Positions 25,701 to 37,670 of a stretch of 64,000 nt of DNA are shown here, one piece after another; positions within the stretch are counted from its first letter, which is position 1; every line of letters starts with the position of its first letter. The notes under the pieces were generated by a model. That model ran no database searches. It was given only the letters and a program-made list of their open reading frames with translations, and was not told the DNA's origin. The stretch is from the human T2T-CHM13v2.0 reference genome, Homo sapiens, in NCBI RefSeq assembly GCF_009914755.1, contig NC_060932.1. The stretch is one strand, 5' to 3'. Both the position numbers and the translations under genes were made by a program.

Positions 25701-28700
25701 GGCGGGCCGAGTAGCAACAGCTGCAGTTGGTGTGTTCTCTGAAGGCAGTATCCGAAGGCTGGAGGGGTTGCTTTTCTTCCCAGGTGTCTTTTGAAGAGGC
25801 AGTCAAGTCAGCAGCTCGCGGTGACCTTCTGGTAACATCGTATGGGCTGGGTTACAGCACATGCCGACTGCTAAGCCGGTCACTGGGGAAAACCATGTGA
25901 TTGCTGTGATGAGCTTAGAATGATCATTCCTCCTTCGGGAGCTGGGGTGGGTTGAGGGAGTGATAAAGATCCCGATAACCTTGCATTTCTCCAGCGAGAA
26001 AGAAGAAAGAAATTCCGTGGATAGGGAGCCAGCCAGGTTTCCTGCAGAAAATCATGGGAAGCTTTTGAGCAGGGGAGTCAGAAGATGAGCGGTGAGTATT
26101 AGGGCTTTCCGGTCACGGTGTGACACAGGGATTGGCCAGCTCTTCCTGTAAAGGGCCAGGTGGGAAGCACTCGTAGGCCCCGTGGTCTCTGTCGTGTCTG
26201 CTGAAGCCTGCCGTAGTAGCATGGAAGCAGTCAGAGATGACGTGTAAGCAAATGGTCCCGACTGACCTCCGGTAAAGCATTGATTCCGGAAGCATTTAAC
26301 AGACCTAACAACCTTTCAAACCGCATGGCGTTTCTTTCCCGGATCCCGTTTCAGGAACGTTTCTGTTGGCTACAAGGACCGTCTCCAACATGCTTAGGCT
26401 CTGTGAACTTTCCCAGGATCCTGAGTAGGGTATCCGCCATTCGTCCTTAGGGCTCCGGGATGTCTCGTTCTTACTGTGTCCCTGCCAACCCTGGTCCCAT
26501 CTCGTCATGATCACCCACTGCAGAAGAGAGGAGGTGCTAGAGTGAACAGGGTCAGGGGAGCCCCGTTCATCCCCAGGGTCCCAGAATGAACCAGTGTTAC
26601 CATGTACCCCTGCCCTTGCCTTCCTCCCTGCTCTAATGGCCGTGTGTTAGCCGGAGATCAGTTTGGGTCTGGGTGCTATGGGTCTGTTGCGCCTGTGGCC
26701 TTGGTCCGGCCTCTGTCCTTGTCTCTGTGAAATGAGAGTGACTGTGCCTGAGAGCGTTCCAGCAAGACAATGATGATCTCCACTGTCTGATTCCCGCTTC
26801 CCAGGTTCTCACAATAGATGAGGATCCTGTTTTTCAGCCAGCTGCCGCAGAGGGGCTGGACATTTCTCCCTTCAGACAGGACCAGGAAGGCTTGGAAGCA
26901 TCTGGAGAAGGGCATGGCCACGAGTAGAGAAATCCAGGCTACAGGCAGAAGTGGGAGGAAGCGAGAGAGGAAGACTCATGGAAAGCCTTGCTGCACTCGC
27001 CAAAAGAGCTGCCCTCGGACTCAAGAGGGCCACGTTCAATGCCAACCTGACATAAGGTAGTCACCTCTGGAGCACTTGTGGCCTGGGGCAAAAACACAGC
27101 TGGATTGAAGGAAGAGTCTTCCCTGTTCCCAGAGGGGCACTGACTGGAAATGAGCATGAAGGTGGGGTCCCTAAAGGGCCACAGAACGAGGCCCTATGCA
27201 GGTGTCGGTACAGACTGCCCCAAAAGCCCCCTGAGAAGTTGGTCCTGGGGTGTAAGAGGAAGGCACAGTGAAGAGCAGGAGTGAAAGCTGCTTCAGCACT
27301 TTGGAGCAGGAAGGAAAGGAAGTGAGATACAGTTGGAAGAGGGCGAAGCGGGCAACCTGAGGGATGGAGTGCAGGGTTTGACCTTCGATTCTGGATCTCC
27401 TCCATTAGCAGGCTTCCGGGGTGGCGTTGTTGCCTCTCTGCCGATCCTTCCTTCGGGTGGGGCTGTCGACTGGCACCACGGCCTGTCAGACCGTGGGCGG
27501 GGGGCGTTGCAGGCACAGTGCGGTTCCTAGTCTTAGGCATGCTCACTTGAGGCGTTCTTCCCCTACCTGTCGACTGATCTCAGAGGAAGGAGACTGAGCT
27601 GCTCAGCCCTGCCGGTGTGGCTGGCAGGGTGTCCCGCATTAGCCCATGTGCCCGACTCCTGGGATCTTACAGGGAGGCTGCTGATGTCCACCTTCCAGTG
27701 CTTCCGTCCGTTGGGAGCCTGCCCTTCCTTGGCGCCGGCCGGCCGTGAGCGGTTATCCTCCATAGATAGGGTTCAAGAACCGCCCAACCGTCACCTCATG
27801 GTCATCTGACATTCCTGGTGGTGGTAGGGGGACCCCCTGGTTCCATGCTCACATCAGACCAGCTACCTCGAGTGACAGGAACGTCTGACAGGATTGCACA
27901 TGTGGCAGAAGAGCATCCGAGAAGGATGAAGGTTTGGCAGAAGAAACACCTGCCAGATCAGACGTGAATGTGTGGCAGAAGGCCCATCTGGGAAGATTGC
28001 ACACTGGGCAGAAGGAAGAGCTAAGAACGTTGTACAGACAGCGGAAGGAGTGCCTGTGGAGATTGCCCGGTGGGCGGTGGTAGCATCTGAGAGGATTGCG
28101 GGGTGGGAGGGAGGATGAGCTGGGAAGGATGCAAGGCCTGGGGAGGCAACATGTGAAGACGATTAAATATGTGGCAGGAGAAACACCTGAGAAGATGGGA
28201 TGCTTGGCAAGGGGAACAAGGCCCGGAATGGAGTGTTCGGGAGAAGAGATGCTTAGGGAGATTGCATGTGTGGCAGAAGGAACACGTGAGAAGGTTGCCA
28301 TGGTGGACAGCAGAAAAATTGCAGCCGATGGCACAGCGGTGGGGAGGAAAACATAGGAAGCTTGCAAGCGCGTGGCCTGCGAAAGAAGCATCTGAAGAGA
28401 TGGCATGTCTGGCAGAGGACACATTGGGCAAGATTCCACGTTTGGCAGCAGGCCCGTGAGCGGCGACAGACGCGTATGGGCCTGTGGCAACCTCGGTTCC
28501 TGCCTCCTGAGAAGAAAGACATCGAGTGGCACACGGTAGAGTGAGAGACCGAGGCACGCATTAGAGCAGGGGCGAAAGTTCCTGAAATGGTATCGTGGCA
28601 GGAGCCAAAGGAAGTCAAGGAGGCTTGGAAGAGGCCCAGGTGGGCGGTGACCTGAGAGGTGGAGTACAGGACTGGACCTTGGACTCAGGGTCTCCCGCGT

Positions 28701-31700
28701 CGGCAGCATCGCTGCCTGTCCTCTGATGCTTCCCTCGGCGGGGAAGAGGGGGCTGTTCACTAGCACAGTGGCCTGTCACCATCTCATGGGGGCGCGGAGG
28801 CGCCGTGTGCTTACTGGAGTTGTTCTCATGCTCTCTTGAGGCGTTCCTCCCACAAGCAGATGAATGTGCCCAGGGGAAAACATCCCAGATCAGTGAACCT
28901 TCCACCAGTTTGCCTCTCAGGGTGCACGTGTGAGCCCATTCACCCAACTCCCGAGGTGTGCTGGGGAGGCTTCTGAGGTTCGTGACTGCTGTCGGGGAGG
29001 GGGACTGCCTTTCCCTGGTGCTGCCTGTGATCAGTGATTTCTCTAGAGAGTCTGCTTCGTGACCACCGGGCCATCACCTTGCGGCTGCCTGATGTTTACT
29101 GGTGGTGGGGAACCCTCTCGGGCCCCGCTCCACACGTGTGACTGAGAGGGACACCTGACAGGATTGAACGCGTGGCAGATCATCCGACGAGATGGAGTGT
29201 CTGGTGGAAGGAACATCTGACAGCCCTGAGCGTGTGGCAGAGGGAACATCTAAGCAGACTGCAGCGATTTCAGAAGGAACGGCTAAGAACATCGCATGGT
29301 CAGCAGGAGGAAACCTTAGGGTAGGGTGATTGCAGGGGTGCTGGGGGGCAAGGGAACCCGTGAGAAGACTGCGGGATCAGCAGTTGGATGCCCTAGGGAG
29401 ATTGCAAGGCCTGCCCAAGAGACATCTGGGTAGAGGAAGTATTGGGCCCATGGTGCGCCAGACAAAACTGAATGCTTGTCAGGGGAAGAAGTGGACGCAA
29501 CTGGCTGTTTGGCAGAGGGAACCCTCAGGTAGATTGCACGTTTGGCAGAAGGCCCAAGTGTGAAGATGACATGGTAGACAGCAGAAACCCTTTAGCAGGT
29601 CGCACGGTGGGCAGAAGGAACCTCTGAGCAGATTCCATGGTGGGCAGACGGAATGCCTAGGAAGAGTGCGTGGCTTGCAAAGGAAGCATCTGGAAAGAGG
29701 GAACATCTGGGAGAGAAAACATCCACCAAGATGGAGCGTTTGGCGGTAGGGATGTCAGCGGTGGCAGATCCATAGGGGCCTGCAGGCAGCAACCCGAGCT
29801 CTCACCTCATCAGAGGGAGTTTAACTGAGGGGCGTGAGGCGGAGTGAAAGAGACCGAGGCCTCTTTGAGCGCAGGAGTGCAGGTCTCCCAGATGGTACCA
29901 GAGCAGAAAGACGAGGCAGTAAGGTATACTTGGAAGAGGGCCATGTGGGCAACTGGAGAGGTCGGGGGCACGCTTTGTTCGACCTTTGAGGCGAGGTCTC
30001 ACACATTGGCAGGCTTCCAAGAGCCAGGGGTTGCATTGCTTCCTCCCCTGAGCCTTTTCTCAGGGTGGGCCATCCACATGGGCAGTGGCCTGTCATCACC
30101 TGGGAGGGACCGCAGGCGTGGCGTGTTTCCTGGAGTCATAGGGGCGCTCACATGAGGCGTGCCTCCCTTGGCAGTCGGATGTTGCCTGGGGAGGGTCGTA
30201 GGACAGTAAAACCCGGCCGGTTTGCCTGTGAGTGTGCAAGCATGAGCCCCGTCACGCGCCCCCTGAGATCTTCTCAGGGAGCTGCTAATCGCCACCTTCC
30301 GGGGTTTCTGTCTGTCTGGGGGACCGCCCGTCCCTGGCACCGGCTCCCGGCAATCATTTATTATTTGAGACAGGTAGTTTAATGGCAGCCTGACCCGTCG
30401 CCTCCTGGTCGCCTGATGTGTCTGGTGGGGTGTGGGCGTGGCCCTCTCCTGCGCTGCTCCTGTCTGACCAGCCGCCCACGGTAACACAGAAACATCTGGC
30501 AGGATGGAGTGGTTGGCGGAAGACACATCTGACGAGATCGAATGTTTTGCAGAAGAGCCATGTGACGGGATCCGTGGTTTGGCAGAGGAGACATGCGAGA
30601 AGACGGAACGTTTTGTCCGAATAGACATCTGGCAGGGTGGAACGGAGAGAACAGGTATGGTGGAGAGAACGTCTGAGAAGGTCGCAGGATTCGCAGGAGC
30701 ATCGGGAAAAGATTGCCTGCTTGCCCGAAGGAATGGCAAGTTCCAAAGGTCAGAGGCTCGCGTGAACTCTGTCGGGTTCGAGAGCAGCTCAGTGTTGCTG
30801 GTGGCAAGAGTGTGGTACGGGAATGGTTGGGTGTGGTTTGAATGTCTAGAAAAGGCGAGCTGAGGGTAGATTTTTGAGCGGTCCAGAGCAGAAGGGGTAG
30901 AGGATATATTCTGTGGGCCACGGCCACATTCTCAGGATGCTCGTGGCTGTAAATAGTAGATGACCCAAGTAAGAGCGGCTGAAGCCATAGGCACCAGAAT
31001 TGTGTCAGCATCGTCGTGTCATGCTCATGTTTTCCCTTCCAGCTGTGCTGTGGGCAGTGTTTAGTTCATGTCTGCTTTGCTGGCGGGCCGAGTAGCAACA
31101 GCTGCAGTTGGTGTGTTCTCTGAAGGCAGTATCCGAAGGCTGGAGGGGTTGCTTTTCTTCCCAGGTGTCTTTTGAAGAGGCAGTCAAGTCAGCAGCTCGC
31201 GGTGACCTTCTGGTAACATCGTATGGGCTGGGTTACAGCACATGCCGACTGCTAAGCCGGTCACTGGGGAAAACCATGTGATTGCTGTGATGAGCTTAGA
31301 ATGATCATTCCTCCTTCGGGAGCTGGGGTGGGTTGAGGGAGTGATAAAGATCCCGATAACCTTGCATTTCTCCAGCGAGAAAGAAGAAAGAAATTCCGTG
31401 GATAGGGAGCCAGCCAGGTTTCCTGCAGAAAATCATGGGAAGCTTTTGAGCAGGGGAGTCAGAAGATGAGCGGTGAGTATTAGGGCTTTCCGGTCACGGT
31501 GTGACACAGGGATTGGCCAGCTCTTCCTGTAAAGGGCCAGGTGGGAAGCACTCGTAGGCCCTGTGGTCTCTGTCGTGTCTGCTGAAGCCTGCCGTAGTAG
31601 CGTGGAAGCAGTCAGAGATGACGTGTAAGCAAATGGTCCCGACTGACCTCCGGTAAAGCATTGATTCCGGAAGCATTTAACAGACCTAACAACCTTTCAA

Positions 31701-34700
31701 ACCGCATGGCGTTTCTTTCCCGGATCCCGTTTCAGGAACGTTTCTGTTGGCTTACAAGGACCGTCTCCAACATGCTTAGGCTCTGTGAACTTTCCCAGGA
31801 TCCTGAGTAGGGTATCCGCCATTCGTCCTTAGGGCTCCGGGATGTCTCGTTCTTACTGTGTCCCTGCCAACCCTGGTCCCATCTCGTCATGATCACCCAC
31901 TGCAGAAGAGTGGAGGTGCTAGAGTGAACAGGGTCAGGGGAGCCCCGTTCATCCCCAGGGTCCCAGAATGAACCAGTGTTACCATGTACCCCTGCCCTTG
32001 CCTTCCTCCCTGCTCTAATGGCCGTGTGTTAGCCGGAGATCAGTTTGGGTCTGGGTGCTATGGGTCTGTTGCGCCTGTGGCCTTGGTCCGGCCTCTGTCC
32101 TTGTCTCTGTGAAATGAGAGTGACTGTGCCTGAGAGCGTTCCAGCAAGACAATGATGATCTCCACTGTCTGATTCCCGCTTCCCAGGTTCTCACAGTAGA
32201 CGAGGAGCCTGTTTTTCAGCTAGCTGCCGCAAGGGGGCTGGAAATTTCTCCCTTCAGAGTGGACCTGGAAGGCTTGGAAGCATCTGGAGAAGGGCATGGC
32301 CACGAGTAGAGAAATCCAGGCTACAGGCAGAAGTGGGAGGAAGCGAGAGAGGAAGACTCATGGAAAGCCTTGCTGCACTCGCCAAAAGAGCTGCCCTCGG
32401 ACTCAAGAGGGCCACGTTCAATGCCAACCTGACATAAGGTAGTCACCTCTGGAGCACTTGTGGCCTGGGGCAAAAACACAGCTGGATTGAAGGAAGAGTC
32501 TTCCCTGTTCCCAGAGGGGCACTGACTGGAAATGAGCATGAAGGTGGGGTCCCTAAAGGGCCACAGAACGAGGCCCTATGCAGGTGTCGGTACAGACTGC
32601 CCCAAAAGCCCCCTGAGAAGTTGGTCCTGGGGTGTAAGAGGAAGGCACAGTGAAGAGCAGGAGTGAAAGCTGCTTCAGCACTTTGGAGCAGGAAGGAAAG
32701 GAAGTGAGATACAGTTGGAAGAGGGCGAAGCGGGCAACCTGAGGGATGGAGTGCAGGGTTTGACCTTCGATTCTGGATCTCCTCCATTAGCAGGCTTCCG
32801 GGGTGGCGTTGTTGCCTCTCTGCCGATCCTTCCTTCGGGTGGGGCTGTCGACTGGCACCACGGCCTGTCAGACCGTGGGCGGGGGGCGTTGCAGGCACAG
32901 TGCGGTTCCTAGTCTTAGGCATGCTCACTTGAGGCGTTCTTCCCCTACCTGTCGACTGATCTCAGAGGAAGGAGACTGAGCTGCTCAGCCCTGCCGGTGT
33001 GGCTGGCAGGGTGTCCCGCATTAGCCCATGTGCCCGACTCCTGGGATCTTACAGGGAGGCTGCTGATGTCCACCTTCCAGTGCTTCCGTCCGTTGGGAGC
33101 CTGCCCTTCCTTGGCGCCGGCCGGCCGTGAGCGGTTATCCTCCATAGATAGGGTTCAAGAACCGCCCAACCGTCACCTCATGGTCATCTGACATTCCTGG
33201 TGGTGGTAGGGGGACCCCCTGGTTCCATGCTCACATCAGACCAGCTACCTCGAGTGACAGGAACGTCTGACAGGATTGCACATGTGGCAGAAGAGCATCC
33301 GAGAAGGATGAAGGTTTGGCAGAAGAAACACCTGCCAGATCAGACGTGAATGTGTGGCAGAAGGCCCATCTGGGAAGATTGCACACTGGGCAGAAGGAAG
33401 AGCTAAGAACGTTGTACAGACAGCGGAAGGAGTGCCTGTGGAGATTGCCCGGTGGGCGGTGGTAGCATCTGAGAGGATTGCGGGGTGGGAGGGAGGATGA
33501 GCTGGGAAGGATGCAAGGCCTGGGGAGGCAACATGTGAAGACGATTAAATATGTGGCAGGAGAAACACCTGAGAAGATGGGATGCTTGGCAAGGGGAACA
33601 AGGCCCGGAATGGAGTGTTCGGGAGAAGAGACGCTTAGGGAGATTGCATGTGTGGCAGAAGGAACACGTGAGAAGGTTGCCATGGTGGACAGCAGAAAAA
33701 TTGCAGCCGATGGCACAGCGGTGGGGAGGAAAACATAGGAAGCTTGCAAGCGCGTGGCCTGCGAAAGAAGCATCTGAAGAGATGGCATGTCTGGCAGAGG
33801 ACACATTGGGCAAGATTCCACGTTTGGCAGCAGGCCCGTGAGCGGCGACAGACGCGTATGGGCCTGTGGCAACCTCGGTTCCTGCCTCCTGAGAAGAAAG
33901 ACATCGAGTGGCACACGGTAGAGTGAGAGACCGAGGCACGCATTAGAGCAGGGGCGAAAGTTCCTGAAATGGTATCGTGGCAGGAGCCAAAGGAAGTCAA
34001 GGAGGCTTGGAAGAGGCCCAGGTGGGCGGTGACCTGAGAGGTGGAGTACAGGACTGGACCTTGGACTCAGGGTCTCCCGCGTCGGCAGCATCGCTGCCTG
34101 TCCTCTGATGCTTCCCTCGGCGGGGAAGAGGGGGCTGTTCACTAGCACAGTGGCCTGTCACCATCTCATGGGGGCGCGGAGGCGCCGTGTGCTTACTGGA
34201 GTTGTTCTCATGCTCTCTTGAGGCGTTCCTCCCACAAGCAGATGAATGTGCCCAGGGGAAAACATCCCAGATCAGTGAACCTTCCACCAGTTTGCCTCTC
34301 AGGGTGCACGTGTGAGCCCATTCACCCAACTCCCGAGGTGTGCTGGGGAGGCTTCTGAGGTTCGTGACTGCTGTCGGGGAGGGGGACTGCCTTTCCCTGG
34401 TGCTGCCTGTGATCAGTGATTTCTCTAGAGAGTCTGCTTCGTGACCACCGGGCCATCACCTTGCGGCTGCCTGATGTTTACTGGTGGTGGGGAACCCTCT
34501 CGGGCCCCGCTCCACACGTGTGACTGAGAGGGACACCTGACAGGATTGAACGCGTGGCAGATCATCCGACGAGATGGAGTGTCTGGTGGAAGGAACATCT
34601 GACAGCCCTGAGCGTGTGGCAGAGGGAACATCTAAGCAGACTGCAGCGATTTCAGAAGGAACGGCTAAGAACATCGCATGGTCAGCAGGAGGAAACCTTA

Positions 34701-37670
34701 GGGTAGGGTGATTGCAGGGGTGCTGGGGGGCAAGGGAACCCGTGAGAAGACTGCGGGATCAGCAGTTGGATGCCCTAGGGAGATTGCAAGGCCTGCCCAA
34801 GAGACATCTGGGTAGAGGAAGTATTGGGCCCATGGTGCGCCAGACAAAACTGAATGCTTGTCAGGGGAAGAAGTGGACGCAACTGGCTGTTTGGCAGAGG
34901 GAACCCTCAGGTAGATTGCACGTTTGGCAGAAGGCCCAAGTGTGAAGATGACATGGTAGACAGCAGAAACCCTTTAGCAGGTCGCACGGTGGGCAGAAGG
35001 AACCTCTGAGCAGATTCCATGGTGGGCAGACGGAATGCCTAGGAAGAGTGCGTGGCTTGCAAAGGAAGCATCTGGAAAGAGGGAACATCTGGGAGAGAAA
35101 ACATCCACCAAGATGGAGCGTTTGGCGGTAGGGATGTCAGCGGTGGCAGATCCATAGGGGCCTGCAGGCAGCAACCCGAGCTCTCACCTCATCAGAGGGA
35201 GTTTAACTGAGGGGCGTGAGGCGGAGTGAAAGAGACCGAGGCCTCTTTGAGCGCAGGAGTGCAGGTCTCCCAGATGGTACCAGAGCAGAAAGACGAGGCA
35301 GTAAGGTATACTTGGAAGAGGGCCATGTGGGCAACTGGAGAGGTCGGGGGCACGCTTTGTTCGACCTTTGAGGCGAGGTCTCACACATTGGCAGGCTTCC
35401 AAGAGCCAGGGGTTGCATTGCTTCCTCCCCTGAGCCTTTTCTCAGGGTGGGCCATCCACATGGGCAGTGGCCTGTCATCACCTGGGAGGGACCGCAGGCG
35501 TGGCGTGTTTCCTGGAGTCATAGGGGCGCTCACATGAGGCGTGCCTCCCTTGGCAGTCGGATGTTGCCTGGGGAGGGTCGTAGGACAGTAAAACCCGGCC
35601 GGTTTGCCTGTGAGTGTGCAAGCATGAGCCCCGTCACGCGCCCCCTGAGATCTTCTCAGGGAGCTGCTAATCGCCACCTTCCGGGGTTTCTGTCTGTCTG
35701 GGGGACCGCCCGTCCCTGGCACCGGCTCCCGGCAATCATTTATTATTTGAGACAGGTAGTTTAATGGCAGCCTGACCCGTCGCCTCCTGGTCGCCTGATG
35801 TGTCTGGTGGGGTGTGGGCGTGGCCCTCTCCTGCGCTGCTCCTGTCTGACCAGCCGCCCACGGTAACACAGAAACATCTGGCAGGATGGAGTGGTTGGCG
35901 GAAGACACATCTGACGAGATCGAATGTTTTGCAGAAGAGCCATGTGACGGGATCCGTGGTTTGGCAGAGGAGACATGCGAGAAGACGGAACGTTTTGTCC
36001 GAATAGACATCTGGCAGGGTGGAACGGAGAGAACAGGTATGGTGGAGAGAACGTCTGAGAAGGTCGCAGGATTCGCAGGAGCATCGGGAAAAGATTGCCT
36101 GCTTGCCCGAAGGAATGGCAAGTTCCAAAGGTCAGAGGCTCGCGTGAACTCTGTCGGGTTCGAGAGCAGCTCAGTGTTGCTGGTGGCAAGAGTGTGGTAC
36201 GGGAATGGTTGGGTGTGGTTTGAATGTCTAGAAAAGGCGAGCTGAGGGTAGATTTTTGAGTGGTCCAGAGCAGAAGGGGTAGAGGATATATTCTGTGGGC
36301 CACGGCCACATTCTCAGGATGCTCGTGGCTGTAAATAGTAGATGACCCAAGTAAGAGCGGCTGAAGCCATAGGCACCAGAATTGTGTCAGCATCGTCGTG
36401 TCATGCTCATGTTTTCCCTTCCAGCTGTGCTGTGGGCAGTGTTTAGTTCATGTCTGCTTTGCTGGCGGGCCGAGTAGCAACAGCTGCAGTTGGTGTGTTC
36501 TCTGAAGGCAGTATCCGAAGGCTGGAGGGGTTGCTTTTCTTCCCAGGTGTCTTTTGAAGAGGCAGTCAAGTCAGCAGCTCGCGGTGACCTTCTGGTAACA
36601 TCGTATGGGCTGGGTTACAGCACATGCCGACTGCTAAGCCGGTCACTGGGGAAAACCATGTGATTGCTGTGATGAGCTTAGAATGATCATTCCTCCTTCG
36701 GGAGCTGGGGTGGGTTGAGGGAGTGATAAAGATCCCGATAACCTTGCATTTCTCCAGCGAGAAAGAAGAAAGAAATTCCGTGGATAGGGAGCCAGCCAGG
36801 TTTCCTGCAGAAAATCATGGGAAGCTTTTGAGCAGGGGAGTCAGAAGATGAGCGGTGAGTATTAGGGCTTTCCGGTCACGGTGTGACACAGGGATTGGCC
36901 AGCTCTTCCTGTAAAGGGCCAGGTGGGAAGCACTCGTAGGCCCCGTGGTCTCTGTCGTGTCTGCTGAAGCCTGCCGTAGTAGCATGGAAGCAGTCAGAGA
37001 TGACGTGTAAGCAAATGGTCCCGACTGACCTCCGGTAAAGCATTGATTCCGGAAGCATTTAACAGACCTAACAACCTTTCAAACCGCATGGCGTTTCTTT
37101 CCCGGATCCCGTTTCAGGAACGTTTCTGTTGGCTACAAGGACCGTCTCCAACATGCTTAGGCTCTGTGAACTTTCCCAGGATCCTGAGTAGGGTATCCGC
37201 CATTCGTCCTTAGGGCTCCGGGATGTCTCGTTCTTACTGTGTCCCTGCCAACCCTGGTCCCATCTCGTCATGATCACCCACTGCAGAAGAGAGGAGGTGC
37301 TAGAGTGAACAGGGTCAGGGGAGCCCCGTTCATCCCCAGGGTCCCAGAATGAACCAGTGTTACCATGTACCCCTGCCCTTGCCTTCCTCCCTGCTCTAAT
37401 GGCCGTGTGTTAGCCGGAGATCAGTTTGGGTCTGGGTGCTATGGGTCTGTTGCGCCTGTGGCCTTGGTCCGGCCTCTGTCCTTGTCTCTGTGAAATGAGA
37501 GTGACTGTGCCTGAGAGCGTTCCAGCAAGACAATGATGATCTCCACTGTCTGATTCCCGCTTCCCAGGTTCTCACAATAGATGAGGATCCTGTTTTTCAG
37601 CCAGCTGCCGCAGAGGGGCTGGACATTTCTCCCTTCAGACAGGACCAGGAAGGCCCGGAAGCATCTGAGG

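Larger units (their letters stand above)
1..37670. repeat. Macrosatellite: 7 homogenised tandem units of 5381-5382 bp (possibly the 9q32 ZAV array); open at the left edge
   Basis: AAGGGCATGGCCACGAGTAGAGAAATCC recurs at 1, 5382, 10763, 16145, 21527, 26908, 32290. The ORF track repeats with the same offsets and only scattered SNPs/1-bp indels. The ZAV identity is inferred from unit size only (about 0.5 confidence). Confidence 0.98.

Noticed and set aside
1-37670. Possibility that the array is an assembly duplication artefact
   Set aside because: Units carry distinct, shared and patterned variants, and grade into diverged edge units as real macrosatellites do. The exact copy number still needs read support.
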